Positions 14,471-27,833 of a DNA stretch of 64,000 nt are shown here, piece by piece. This stretch comes from Bigelowiella natans CCMP2755 (lineage: Eukaryota > Protista > Cercozoa): the NCBI GenBank assembly GCA_000320545.1, contig ADNK01000413.1, forward strand, positions 1-64,000, given 5' to 3'. The stretch's first letter is position 1; every line of letters starts with the position of its first letter. The position numbers and the translations under genes were made by a program. Below the pieces are notes generated by a model. The model had not been told where the DNA came from. It saw only the letters and a program-made list of their open reading frames with translations, and did not search any database.

Positions 14471-17400
14471 GGATGATGAAGCAAATGTAAAAAGAGCCAT
14501 AATTCGTGCTAAACCCAGAAAATATTGGGAACAAATATACACTAGACGGACAGGGACCAAAAAAGCGTATGCGTACAAGATTAGTCTGAAACATAGCCTC
14601 CAATAATACCACTGGGGCCACTTCTCTCACCAGCTACGTGCATGGCCTAAACGTACCTGAATGCTCTGGATCTGCTGCGAGACAGCTGAGAGCTGGTCTT
14701 CTTTAAGCCGGTTAAATTCGTCAAAACAGCCCCATGCACCACTCTTCACGAGGCCACGAAATATCCTTGCCATCGAGCGGAAGTCAATAGCTTCATCGCA
14801 ATTGAATACCAACGTCTGTCGCCCAAGACAGTTGCCCAATGCCTTGACACTCTCAGTCTTCCCTGTCCCAGCAGGGCCGTATGGGTTGCCTGTGGTGCAC
14901 GCAGCAATCAATCCATCCATCCATCAATCAATCAATCAATCACAACGCTGGCGCTAAGTGATCGAACGTGATTGATAGTGCATACGACGCAACAACATTA
15001 ATAAGTTTTCATCATTGTATTTTGGTGATGACTTACCCCCGTAGCCAAGATGCATGCCTTGCGTGAGCACAAGGTAACATTTATCCGTTAAAGGTGTGTG
15101 CACCAGTTTGGCTGCATTTCCGTGGTACTCGTACGAATAGTTGAAGTCGGAACCGCACATCTTCACATGGCAATTGCCGTCGTCAGGCCGCAAGTAATAC
15201 CTAAGCTGCTTCTGCCACATCCAATGGGAAGTTGAGGTGCACCGCGCTTGTATGAGCTGCTCCACGACCTCGATGTTATGGATGAGATCGAATACCATCA
15301 CCTTGATCTTGCTGCGGAGCTGTTTGTTTTGCTTCGTCTCGATTCCTGTTAGCTGATTGAATATTTATGCGCATGTGTGATGGGACCGCAGAATCCAGGA
15401 CGGAAAGAAAGAGGGGGGAGATAGAGAAAAACCACTCGCACACAAAAGATGCTGGGGGAAAGGGGGGGGGGGTTGATCAAAAGCACGAACGCATGTCTAC
15501 CTGAGCCAATTTCTTCTTAAGAATCTCATGATACTCCTTCAGATTCCCATTCTGCATTGCACGCTCACATTCGAGCGTAAATATGACCATTTCCGCAACA
15601 CATAGAATTTGTGCCGGAAACTTATCGTAGTGAATCTGCTGGCTATTCACACAGTCTCGTAGTAGTTGCGATAGGGTCGACACCATTGCTTCAGACAGTT
15701 CTTGAAGCCTGTTCAAGTTTGCATGTCACGGTGTGTGCAGGTGGTATATACACGTTTATGCAGTGGTGTGGTGGTGTATCGGTTGTATGTTACGAGGGTG
15801 CTGTCATACTTCCCATCCCGCAATGGCTGCCGCAGCTGTTACTACAACTACAGCAACTACTACTAACTCTATACACTAAGATTATTACCAACTCTCAACT
15901 TCTTCCGTGACAACGACGGGCTCAAGCAATGGAACCTCTTCACCAGAGCTCGAGCATATTGTGGTAATCTTAGTTTTTGCTTCGTTGAACTTACACGCGT
16001 GGATGCCGGCAAAAAGCTTACGGAGATGTGTCAAGATGACCGCAGGATTCTGTGCCTGGCCTAAGATCTCTAGTAAATCGTCGTCTCCGATGAAATAGAA
16101 TCGAGGAAATTTTGACCTAAAAATAGGGGAAATAGTCAAGTTGCATGCTTGAAGGCGACAAACCTCCACACCACAACCACCACCACTGTTGTATATTCCT
16201 ATGTATTGCTCTAATAGATATGGCCTCCTAGAGATAAGAAGAGCAGCTACCGTTTCGTCTCCAGGAAGTTATTGAGCGCTTTGGAGCATTGCTCAAGTTG
16301 GCCCAGCAGCATACTGACCGTGTCCTCTAACCCGGGAACCATCGCCAGATTCATCACATTGGGGTTCGACTTGATCTCGCCGAGGAGCTCCAAGAAGCTC
16401 GAGTCGATGCGTCGGAAGCGGCCTTGCTCCTGTGGCAGAGCACCGCGGGAGAATATCGGCTCGAGATAAACCCATTTTCTCTGTACGATGTTGAGGTCAC
16501 GTAGAACCATATCCAGCAGGCTCAGCCGTGTCTCAATCCCCTCCACCTGGTCGGCAAATGGAGGAAAGTGCGGGGACTCTTTCAGAGATGCCAGCAAAGA
16601 GCGCTTATCGCCCAGCTTCGTGAACAGATCTTTCCATTCCTTTATCAAGTACCTATCCGTTGAAGAACATTTAGAAGCATTGCATATGTGAGGCAGGAGG
16701 AGGAGGAGGAGGAGGAGGATGTAAAGAGAAGTGCATTCTTATCTTTCCTACGTCGTTCTGTTGGTGGTCTTGTACTCCAAAAGATCAAAGTCAGTCTCCT
16801 CAGCAAACACTTTGAGTTCCTGAACTCCCTCTCGTATCTGCACTTCTCCTTGTGCACGTGCCGCGAGGGCAGCAAGCTCACGCGACTGCTTTACCATCCG
16901 ATCTTTGGCGTCGAGGAAATGCCCCAACGTGAGCTTCGTAAGTGTCATTCCCTTAAAACCCAGCTTAGTGAAGAGAATCTTCCAATGTTCATTTTCAAAT
17001 ATTTCACCTACAAGGAACATCCTCAGTTTCATCATCACCATCTTTGCTATCGTTGTAGTTGTCGAGATCGATATCACCATCGTTATGACAGCGTAAAATT
17101 GGTTATGTGATTTCGGTGTTAGGCACCGACTCTTATTTCCAAATTCCGAAGTATTTAATATTAACCTGTAACTCTTCGTAGCAACGGGAAGACATCCTGG
17201 ATCATACTCAGCTGGTCTCGAATCGACGATGTCACAACGTCCAAAGGTTTGCCCTTGATGCGCTTCTGCCACTGCTCTCTGAACTCGTCAAACATGTAAA
17301 GCTTTCCCCTGAATGATATCCACTGCTCGTCGGTCATCTTCGTCAACCCTTTGGAGTACTCCTCGTACATTCCCCACGCCTATACATACATCATGAGAAT

Positions 17401-17654
17401 TAGTATCAATGATGATCAATACTTTTGCCGAAGCACAAAGGCATCATCTCCCCCCCCTCAGTACAGACCCAGCCAACCCAACCATTCCTACTTTTCGGTA
17501 TGAGAGAATGTCCTTTCGGATATCCTCCAGTACTTCAAAGGTTGGTTCCTCCATCTCGAAGCTGTTCGCGTCCAGAACGATCTCCTTGCTCTCTGCTTCC
17601 ATCGCCTTGTACCTGTACCAAATAGCAAATGGGAGAGAAGGAACAGGAAAGAGA

Positions 17655-17729
<75 letters not shown>

Positions 17730-18873
17730 GGGGGGGGGGGGGGGGGCGGGGCGGAGAAATACGTTGATGTAAAATTTGGAAATGCAACGTAGTTCTGGTG
17801 GTAGTGGTGGTGATGGTGAGAGCAGCAACAATGACGGCAGAAGTGGTTATACAAAAGAACTCACTCGTCCTCCCAGTCGGCAATTTCCGAAAGAATCTTC
17901 TCTGCCCGTTCCGGGCTCACTTTCCCTTCCGCCTTGGGTTTGAGCCCTTTCCACTTGGCAAAGAAGCCGTCTGCCTTGATTTTACACTCTTTAATTCGCT
18001 CTTCGACTTGATGTTTTAGTTGTTCTTTCTGATCTATCATACTCTTATCAAACTGCTCCAAAGCAGCAATGAATTGGTCGTTCCATTTGCTGCGGAGGTC
18101 TGCGACGGCAAGAGGAGCGGCGGCCATTCGGCGCAGTAACCGGTTCTTACGCTCGCACTCGCCCAGAATCTTCTCCACACCACCCTTTTTCGAGTCGATC
18201 GCGCTCCATTTTTCCTGAGAAAATTCGTGTAATTAACGTCAAAATCAAAATCTCGTCGCCGATAACCCCTTCTGGCACTTTTCTTTTATAGTGAGCATGC
18301 CAGTGTTGGATGTGTTGAGTATTATCCTCTCTCAGTGTATTTGTTCATTAGTAAGACGTGTGGTATTTGACCTGGCTGCTTCGCATATCCTTGACGGTGC
18401 GTGGTAATGAGGCGAGTCCAGTCAGAGAAGTTTCCAGAAACTCCTCCACAACTTTATACTCTTTCTGTGCAACCCTCTTTAGGCTCACCAGCAAGGCGTC
18501 ATTAAGCCGATCCATGTGGTCTTCGATGGTCAGCTTTAGTGCACTAAAGGACACATTGAAGCATCCCACTCGCTTGGACTCGGGCAATCGCTCTGCGTCG
18601 TGCCGCTTCCGTATGAGAGCCTTCAGATTCCTTTCCCAGTCCTCGACCGTGTGCAAACGCTCCATCACAAAATCTTCTAGGTTCACGGTCCCCAGAGCAA
18701 CCCATGATAGCAGTCCCTCCCGAAGCTTACGCAAATTGATGAAGAGCCTTTCGGCATTTGCGTGCACGAGGAAGAGCCCTTTGGCGTTTTTCTCCGGGAT
18801 TTTGGCATAGATACCTTCAGCGCCACCAAAGCCTGGATAGTGTATATTGTTTTCTGTTAATTGAGGCTGCATC

Positions 18874-18953
<80 letters not shown>

Positions 18954-19893
18954 CGACACAAACAAAGACGCACTTGCTCCCATTTTGGATGAATATCGGA
19001 ATATTGATATCATTCGTACAAGGTGCTGCTTTTGGCATTAAAGAAGTCTCGAGACACAAAAATGTTGCAGCGTACCTGTGAATGTCTTCGGTAGGTCGAT
19101 GAGCGTCTTGATGTTACGGAAATAACGCAGGCGCAGCTCCTCGAGTGGCGGTTTGAATTTGAGCGCTCCTGCAGAGAAGTAGAGAGAGACCGGGATCTCC
19201 CTTACCTTCTCATTGAGCGTTTGTAAGCACATTCGGTACTGCAGTTCCAGAGCCTTGTACAATTGCATGTCCCAATGGGCTGAGGAATGGGGATAGAATA
19301 TTAGACAACCGATCATTATTATCAGCAGCCAGAAAATAATTACACATGGCATTGGAGTTCAGAAGATTTTGGGAGAGCAAAAAAGAAAAAAGGCTGAATT
19401 CATTTTTTATGACGAGTTATCAATAGGGTGCTCAACTCCCATTCTCGAGATACTTAAAAAATAAAATTTACACGCTTAAACTCAAGTATTTTACAGCGGC
19501 AATCGCGGAATTCTACACGCAGAACGACCTTTCCATGCAAGAATGGAAGCTTCCTCGTTCCGTTTTTCTTCCTTACTGAAAACCTTCTTCATCTCTGCAA
19601 TCTTCCTCATCCAATGGTCCATTTTCGACCACAAATCAGTGTTCATTAGCTCCACGACATCTTCTGCAAGTCGCTGGTGCTTAGCGCGCAAACGGCGGTT
19701 GCGACTCGTCAATTCTTGCCCTGCTTCCATCAGCCTGATTAGAAAGGAACAGAACTAAATTAGCGACGCAAATAGCAGTTGCAGAACGCGCACACAGTAG
19801 ATTCGATGGAAGAAAAGCAGAATTGTCCTAAATTAATCGAAAGAAGGCTCGATAAAATATGAAGCAGGAGAGAAAAGGCCCGAATAAACAATG

Positions 19894-19939
<46 letters not shown>

Positions 19940-21070
19940 ATATTTTTATAAGTGTGTGTGTATGTGTGTGTGGAGAGTTACTGTTGCATGTAGCGTTCGC
20001 AAGAATCAGGGTTATCCCAACGCACGTCCGTCCTGGTCACGACTCTTTCAAATTTGTGCGCCTCGACCGCAAGCATTCCCATCTGGCTTGGGATGATTTG
20101 CTCGCCAATCGTATTGTAGAAGTTCGCTACTTGCTTTAGTTTCAGTCCATATCTATATGGGGGAAGAGAAATATTTGGTTAAAATGACTCGAAAGAATAC
20201 TTATACAGCTTTCATCGTGGACTTACAAACATCGGCGTGCAACATCATGGAGTTTAAAAGAGACAATAAAAACCAATATCACGCCGAGGTATCTTTTGAA
20301 AATTCATACCATCACTACATCGATATTGTATTCTAATAGGATCCTTACCGATAGTAGCTCTGGCCTTTCTCCACTGCAGAAATGATTTCTTTTGGGATCT
20401 TGTAGCCAAACTCAGAAAACTGCCTCACTTCACGAAGCAGCGTAACTAAACGCTCGGAGAAGTGCACTTTCAGCAACCCGGAACCCATTACCTGAGAATA
20501 GAGAATTGAGGCAAGCGATGTAAAGCAGCCTCAGCATGAAAGCAAATATATCACTCACACCATTTGCGTCAGAATATGTATAATAAATGGTGTGCTGTTT
20601 GTATCTGTATACATGTATATAAGCGTCCAATGCACGTACGTATGAACATTTTCACCATAAGACCATGCCTCCTTCCCCCCAGACCCCATTTGTATAAAGA
20701 TAAAGACAAACAAAAGAGAGAAGAGAAGAAGAGAGATGAGAAAATAATTTGTTTTGTATGTTTTTGCTACATCAAGTTCCATCAGCTGGCCGCTCGTTTC
20801 AAGTCTGAGAGGCGATTTGTGGTCCCTCAAGCTGTCAAGATTTTCATTGCACCAATCCTCAAAGAGCTCCTTTTTGAAGTCTCTCAGCCCATTCAAAAGC
20901 TCCGCAGATTCACCAATAAACTTTTGATAGCCGTTCACATCCGACAGGATTACCTATGGTTTAAATAGATCTGCCTGAGTCTGGCCGTTTTGTTCACACA
21001 CGAGTTCTGCACTTTCTTGTTGCTAATAGCATTTTATCCCGTTGGTTTTTTATTATGGTTTCGCCTCCAC

Positions 21071-21113
<43 letters not shown>

Positions 21114-22880
21114 AGACATCTATCTAACATGATCCATTCGGATAAGAAGCCGCCACTACCTTCACAATCGTCGTGGCTTGACGACATCGCTGCTCCAGCT
21201 GAGAAGCCCAAATCACCTTATTAATTTTCTCCGATAGATTATGGCCACTCTCCTGATATAGATTACAACCGTGCAATATATGATGATGATGATGATGATG
21301 ATGACGATGAGGTGACATTTTTATTTTGTTAGTCGCAGTTTCAGTTAGCTGTTTCAGAGCTTACTTCCGGTTTGTAGCTCGATTCTGAGAAGCCAGAGTC
21401 GAATTGATGCCTCAGGTTCTCTAAATGCGCTAAGAGTTGCCCTAAGAGCGTCTCCCGTTCGAGCCGTAGTAGATTCTTCATCGACGGCCGTTTCATTAGT
21501 TTAGCAAAGTTTCGAAACTCGGCAAGCAACAGCTGCGGTTTGCTCGAAAGGCGTTTTATTCTCTCTCTGAGTGCGGTTACAGCCTCACGCTCTAGAGGGA
21601 TGCAGAGGCGGTTGAACTCCTCGAGCGCCAGTCCCCACATTTCGTCAAGGAGAGGGCCGCTGTAAAGCACGTCAATGTTCCTGAACGGCTTTACAGTTTC
21701 GGAAAGACTTGGGCCCGCCAGCTTCACAGCTTTGTTCCTTGGGATGAGCCGTAACAGCTCCTGCTGAAGCGAGCGGACATCTAGCACGCTCCGAAGACGG
21801 CGACCGAGGCACATGAGAACCTCATCGTTGTATGGCCGACCGCGTCCATCTTTATTCCAACGAGCCTTCCACTCGATCGTCGTTAGCTCTTTGCTCTCGT
21901 CAACCCAGAGCTTGCATAGTCGGATTGCGTCACGGAGGAGAGGCTGCAGCACGGGGAAGGGCGATTCCCAGAGGCTAACACTCCCAAGCTTCATACGAAT
22001 ATTCTTCGCAACAGCGACGCCCACGAGTTCCAGTAGGTGCATCATGCGCTCGCGTGGATATCTTGCCCCGGAATCGAAATCTTGCTCCTGCCACAGGCCG
22101 TCGAGAGCATCTTTTGCGTCACCAAGTAGCCTGTACAACTCCGAAAATTTGAGGTTAGCAGCACTCTTGAAGTGAGATGCAACGGCTTTGAGGTGACCCG
22201 CAAATGCTTGCGCGCGGTCTTTTGCTGCTGGTTCCACTCCCTGTCGCTCGGCAATCCCCTTCCAGTAATCAAGCTCGTCGTGAAGGGAGTCAATGCCAGA
22301 TACGTCAGTCTCGCGAGCCCCCCCACCCTTACGACCAGAGGATTGACGGACCTGTCGCATGAGGCTAGAGTACAAATCGACCAGAAGTCTTTGTATCTTG
22401 GGGTTAACGCTATCCTCGCCTTGCATGGTTTTAAACTTGGGACCGTAGATGTGACGGATACCCAGTAGGAGGGACAACAAGGGGGACTCGGGAATAGAGT
22501 TCACAGTTATCAGCTTTTCGAATCCCTTCTTGGGTACCACCCCGCGGCCTTTCTTGATCAGAACAACTTCGCGGCCTTTAACCCCTGTCTTCTCGGTTTT
22601 AGATGCTATTGTGTTGGAGAGTACGACGCCCCCTTCCATTGTACGTGTGGCTCGAAGGCACATAGTCTCGGGGTCGTCCAGGAACCTACGGACAGTCCCA
22701 TCCTCCTGCAGAATGATATCGTATCATTTCTTAATCGATCGAAGGAAAACACAAAAACATTGAACACCACAGCCAAAAAGAGAGATTAGCTCCCACCTTG
22801 ATCTCATGCTTCCATTTCGCATCCACTGCAAGAATATCTTGCACAGTTGATGCAGCGAAATCAATTCGCGGATCATCCAT
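2767..22880 (-). CDS. DYNC2H1: Cytoplasmic dynein-2 (retrograde IFT) heavy chain, multi-exon
   Basis: AAA P-loops [12 protein letters not shown] (~14.85 kb), GPSG|CGKS (~13.3 kb), GPEGAGKT (~11.98 kb) and GRSGVGRRS (~10.86 kb); CFDEFNRL; [24 protein letters not shown]-terminus MDDPRIDF at 22880. C-terminus [20 protein letters not shown]...GTALFISSM* (TGA at 2767-2769) resembles DYNC2H1. Internal exon boundaries not all resolved. Confidence 0.93.
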
Positions 22881-23563
22881 TGCGATTGAGTGCCAGGGAG
22901 ACTAATGAATGAGGTCGCAGCTGGAAGGTAGTTATTCCTGCACAGGGCGGGAGGCCATTCTCATTAGAATTTGTCTTTGAACTCGCTCTCCTGTAACTGA
23001 TGCAGAAACACATTTCAGTCGACCATAGAAGGGGATAAACTTTGTGCGACAATAACCCTGCTCACAGTTCCTTTCCAAATGCTGATGATGATCAATCCCG
23101 AGACTGTCTCCGAACATCTCGGGCTTTGGAATTTCCGAGAGTATCCGAGACATGGAGACTGACGCGCGAGATAGCATTACCTCTCCGTTTTTCCTGTGTG
23201 TATAGAATCCCGTCATTATCCGATATTTAATTGGATTTATACTAAATTGATGGGATTTCTGTCTTGAGTCATACCTGTAGACTGGACCACACCTAGAGAC
23301 TTGTGTCTGTTACTACAATTGGAGAGATTGCAGGGGGAGGGTGTTTTCCTGACACATTGAGAAACCAGGTAAAGAATCTTCGAAAGGGGAAAACAGTTTT
23401 TAGCCACAATAAATCCCTCATGGCATTTTTTCCCGCACAATGAGGAGAAATCAAAACGAAAACGAGTATCGAATCTGGTACATTATGAAGTATTTGTTTT
23501 TGCAGGGAAGGCTGCCGAAATAACGAGGATCTGCGTTTCAGTGCCTGGTAGAGGGTCTGGAAG

Positions 23564-26500
23564 ATGAGCGGTGGTCCATCTCGAAACGCAACAGCAGATG
23601 CTCACTTTTCTGGAACATTGAGGCCAGGTGCTGAATCACACCTACCGTCTGAGCTTCGAATGAATGCTCCCAGAACCAGGAACTTGAAGGTACGATTACC
23701 AAGGGTAGGCGCATACATGGAATATATCATTAACTTATCTTTCAACAATGACATACATAGTAGCTAGTTTCAATAGCGCGCGCGCACACACACAAAACAG
23801 ATGGACACACAATGCATGGGCCGACAATACACGTAAACCTATTTCTATTTCAAATATGATATACTTGTACACTATGGTTGACATTCATCCTCAGCCGCAA
23901 AAATAGTAAAGTATCAGGAAGGAATATGTTATGATTATAGTGTGTATAAAATATTTTTTAATTCACGAGGCCTAAAAGATGTTACCCTGTTTAGTCGATG
24001 CCGATGAACTGGCGGTCTGGTAGCAAGACACAACAAATACAGCAGAAGACATTTCTCCCAAAGCTAGACCAAATTTCTCCGCGTCTGCATCCGCGTCAGC
24101 ATCCGCGTCCGCAAAGTGCAAGTAAACGAAAGGCTTCTAAAAGCACGGGGGGGGCTGTAAAGAAGAAAAGTGCCCAGCAGGCTAAGCTAAGAAAGTCTGG
24201 TGATTCTCTTTTTCAGCCAAAAACCATGTCAAGGAGACAATTTGCAAGCACTAGGACGAAAATGATGGAGAATTTGAAAAGAAGTAGTCCATATGCGGGC
24301 AATCCACGAGTTAATCGTGGATATGGGAAGGAAATGATGGCCTCGTTTAGTGGGGGTGCTGGAAGACCAGACTACAATAAAATCGGGTCTATGGCACTTA
24401 AATCGAGGATAGACGATGAGGAAGAAGAAGACGACATGGCTCCAGCTGAGAGGGAAAAAATAAAATTGCAAACATCCCATTCAGCCTGGGGTAACACCCA
24501 AAGTCCAAAGCGGGAGGACGAAGGCGGTCTGTTCAGTTCTGCTGCGATGGTTTTATCTGCTGATCCTATGAAGCCCCCTTCAACGAGAGGATCAGATGCA
24601 AAAGGTGCTGAAGAGAAGAAAGCAGAAGTACGCCCGTTTTATATGCAAGTTCTAAAGAACATCGACAATAAGCAGAGACAACGTCTAAATGCTTCATCTG
24701 GTATGAGTCTTGAACTCGACACGGAGCCTGAAAGGGAACTCACAGAGGAAGAAAAGCAAAAAATAGCGGAAGAAAACGCCAGGCGTGAAGCTGCTGAAGC
24801 ATCCAAGGTGCTATTCTCAGAGGTTAGTGCAAAAGATGCCAAAGAAGAAAAAGTTGCCATTGAAGAAATAGAAAAGGAAGAGGAACAGGATGTATTTGCA
24901 AGCGTTATCCAAAACAAAGAATTAGAGGCGGAAAAAGAAGCCGAAAATGCCGATCCACTTACGAAAGCTCTTCGTCGTATCGAAATTCTTGAACTTCAAC
25001 TCGCCCAATCCCAAAAAATAGCTGATGAGGCTAAGCTGGAATCAAAAAGACATCTTAAGTTTGCCCGGGTGTCAAAGCGCGACTTTGAACAGCAGATGAT
25101 AGATTCTCTTACAGCACTCCGGGAAACTGAAAAACAGTTGGACAATTCTAAAGCCGACCTCAAACGAGTGGGTGAGGCGCGGCAAAGAGCAGTTGAGAAT
25201 GCCGAGTCTGCACGGCTTGAAACTGCAGCAATGCAAGAAAAGCTTAAAGATATGCGGCAGGAGCAGGAAAACACCCTGGCCCTGTTGTTAAAAACGAATA
25301 GAGAAATAGATTTTGAAGATCCTCTCAACAAGGACCGTAATGGATCTCCCATTATAGCTGAAGATGCGAGTAGAGCTGATTCAATCCAAGAGCAGGTTCA
25401 GAAGTTACGCACACGGCAACAAGGAGAGAGAAAAAAGTTCTCGACTAAGCTAGATGCGTTACGAGATGAGTACTTTCAGCAGAATACGAAGCAAAGGCTT
25501 GCTTACCAAGAAGAGATGAATACTTTGCAGCAACGCTTGGCGACTCTAGAAAATTATAACAAACAGGTCGAAAAGGATCTGCTGATGGTTGCACAGATAA
25601 ATGATGAAGTTTCCAGTGCAACGGCAGATGCAAAGCAAATTAGCCATTTGACAGGATTGATGGGAGAGCAATCGTCAAAAAATAGGCTGTTAGAATTGCT
25701 CCAGCAGGCTCTCGAACATGGTTCGTCATATTACATGCAAGCTACGATAGAAGCTGCAGTTGCTTTTGGCATGAAGTCTGATGAGCTGGAGAGGTTCAGG
25801 ATAGCTATGGAGCGAGCACGTGAGCTCGAACGATTAGCCAAGGACGCTTTAGCAGAGAAAGTTGCCAGGTTAGAGATGCGAGAGCTTGGATACAACTCAA
25901 TGAGCGATTTCAGGGCTGGGAAAAAGATGCAAAAAGCCGATGATATTGATCTCTACAAAGTAGATCCGCGCTTGTGCCCGATTTCTCTAGGCCAGCCCAT
26001 ATGCATTAAAGGAAAGAGTTGCAGGTGTGAAGGTCAAGGTTTAGATCTAAACATATTGAGAGTTCGGTTAGAGGAAGAGGGATATTGTCCAGTGAAGGTT
26101 AGTGAAGATGGTGGAGATGAAGATGAAGAGCTTCATGATGACACTTTATCGTGCCCGATGACCATGGGAGCATCGCTATGCTGGGATAAAATGGAGGATG
26201 GAATTTGTCTAGAATGCGGTGTGAATAAAATGGGCGAGTTTCCGGATGGAGAGGGTGACACAGACGGGAAGTCAGAGGCTGGAGTACCTAGTTTAGATAA
26301 AGGAGCAGTAGGATTTTTGAATGCCGCTGCAGCTCTTGATCGTATGCTTCTATCAAGCAGCAAGGTTGAAGTAGGGCATACGAGCGCTAAGAGTACCAAA
26401 ATTTTGGAGAGCGAAGCCACTAGCCGACCACAAGAGGCTCCTGTTGAGAATAAAAGCTCCACAGAACATTTTAAAGCTGCAGGCATTTTAGATGATATCG

Positions 26501-27723
26501 CCGAAAGCAGCTTTACAAAATCTGCACAAGAAATCAAAAATGAAAAAACAAATGATAAATCCTCCAGCAACCTCAAAGCTGCAGGAATAGACAACATTGC
26601 CACTGGCTCAAAGTCACAACCAAGTGGAAATGTAGAAAAGAAGGAAGAGGAGGAGAATGTAAAGAGAGGGAAAGCAGAACAGAAACAAGAGGAGAAATCG
26701 GACAACCTAGCTTCCAAGACAGCTGGCAGTGAGGCGAAAGAACCAGAAGTAAAAAAGAAGGAGGAAGTTGAGGGAAAAGAAACCAAGAGCCCAGAGGCTA
26801 CAAAAGCTGAGGCTGAGAAGAAAGAGGCTGAGAAGCAAGAGGCTGAGAAAAAGGAATCCGACAAGCCAGATACTGCAAAAGTTGAGGCTGAGAAGAAAGA
26901 GGCTGAGAAGCAAGAGGCTGAGAAAAAGGAATCCGACAAGCCAGATACTGCAAAAGCTGAGGCTGAGAAGCAAGAGGCTGAGAAAAAGGAATCCGACAAG
27001 CCAGATGCTGCAAAAGCTGAGGCTGAGAAGCAAGAGGCTGAGAAAAAGGAATCCGACAAGCCAGACACTGCAAAAGCTGAGGCTGAGAAGAAAGAGGCTG
27101 AGAAGCAAGAGGCTGAGAAAAAGGAATCCGACAAGCCAGATACTGCAAAAGCTGAGGCTGAGAAGAAAGAGGCTGAGAAGAAAGAGGCTGAGAAGCAAGA
27201 GGCTGAGAAAAAGGAATCCGACAAGCCAGATACTGCAAAAGCTGAGGCTGAGAAGAAAGAGGCTAATGAAAAGGAATCTGAGAAGCTAGATGCTGCAAAA
27301 GCTGAGGCTGAGAAGAAAGAGGCTGAGAAAAAGGAATCCGACAAGCCAGATGCTGCAAAAGCTGAGGCTGAGAAGCAAGAGGCTGAGAAAAAGGAATCTG
27401 AGAAGCCAGATACTGCAAAAGCTGAGGCTGAGAAGAAAGAGGCTGAGAAGCAAGAGGCTGAGAAAAAGGAATCCGACAAGCCAGACACTGCAAAAGCTGA
27501 GGCTGAGAAGAAAGAGGCTGAGAAGAAAGAGGCTGAGAAGAAAGAGGCTAATGAAAAGGAATCTGAGAAGCCAGATGCTGCAAAAGCTGAGGCTGAGAAG
27601 CAAGAGGCTGAGAAAAAGGAATCCGACAAGCCAGATGCTGCAAAAGCTGAGGCTGAGAAGAAAGAGGCTGAGAAAAAGGAATCTGAGAAGCCAGATGCTA
27701 CAAAAACTGAGGCTCAGAAATGA
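23564..27723 (+). CDS. Large coiled-coil protein with Cys-rich segment and C-terminal K/E/A-rich tandem repeats, function unknown
   Basis: 1241-aa ORF at 23998-27723 plus a probable first exon 23564-23689 (phase-0 GT-AG intron 23690-23994). Confidence 0.75.
26797..27720 (+). repeat. Coding tandem repeat built from 15-bp units ([10 protein letters not shown]) and a longer SDKPD(T/A)AKAE unit
   Basis: gaggctgagaag(a/c)aa and gaatccgacaagccagatactgcaaaagct are repeated many times. Confidence 0.95.
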
Positions 27724-27833
27724 GAAGATGGCCAGGCACCCATGGCAACTTGAGAGGAAGACAGATGATGAAGAAATGAGATCCGCAGCCCGCCAAAATG
27801 TCATGTACGTTCTGCACTAGGAGCATTGATTTT

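Noticed and set aside
26133-27820. Long alternative-frame and antisense ORFs over the KE repeat, or a CRISPR-like array
   Set aside because: These are shadow frames of a stop-poor coding tandem repeat, with no unique spacers.
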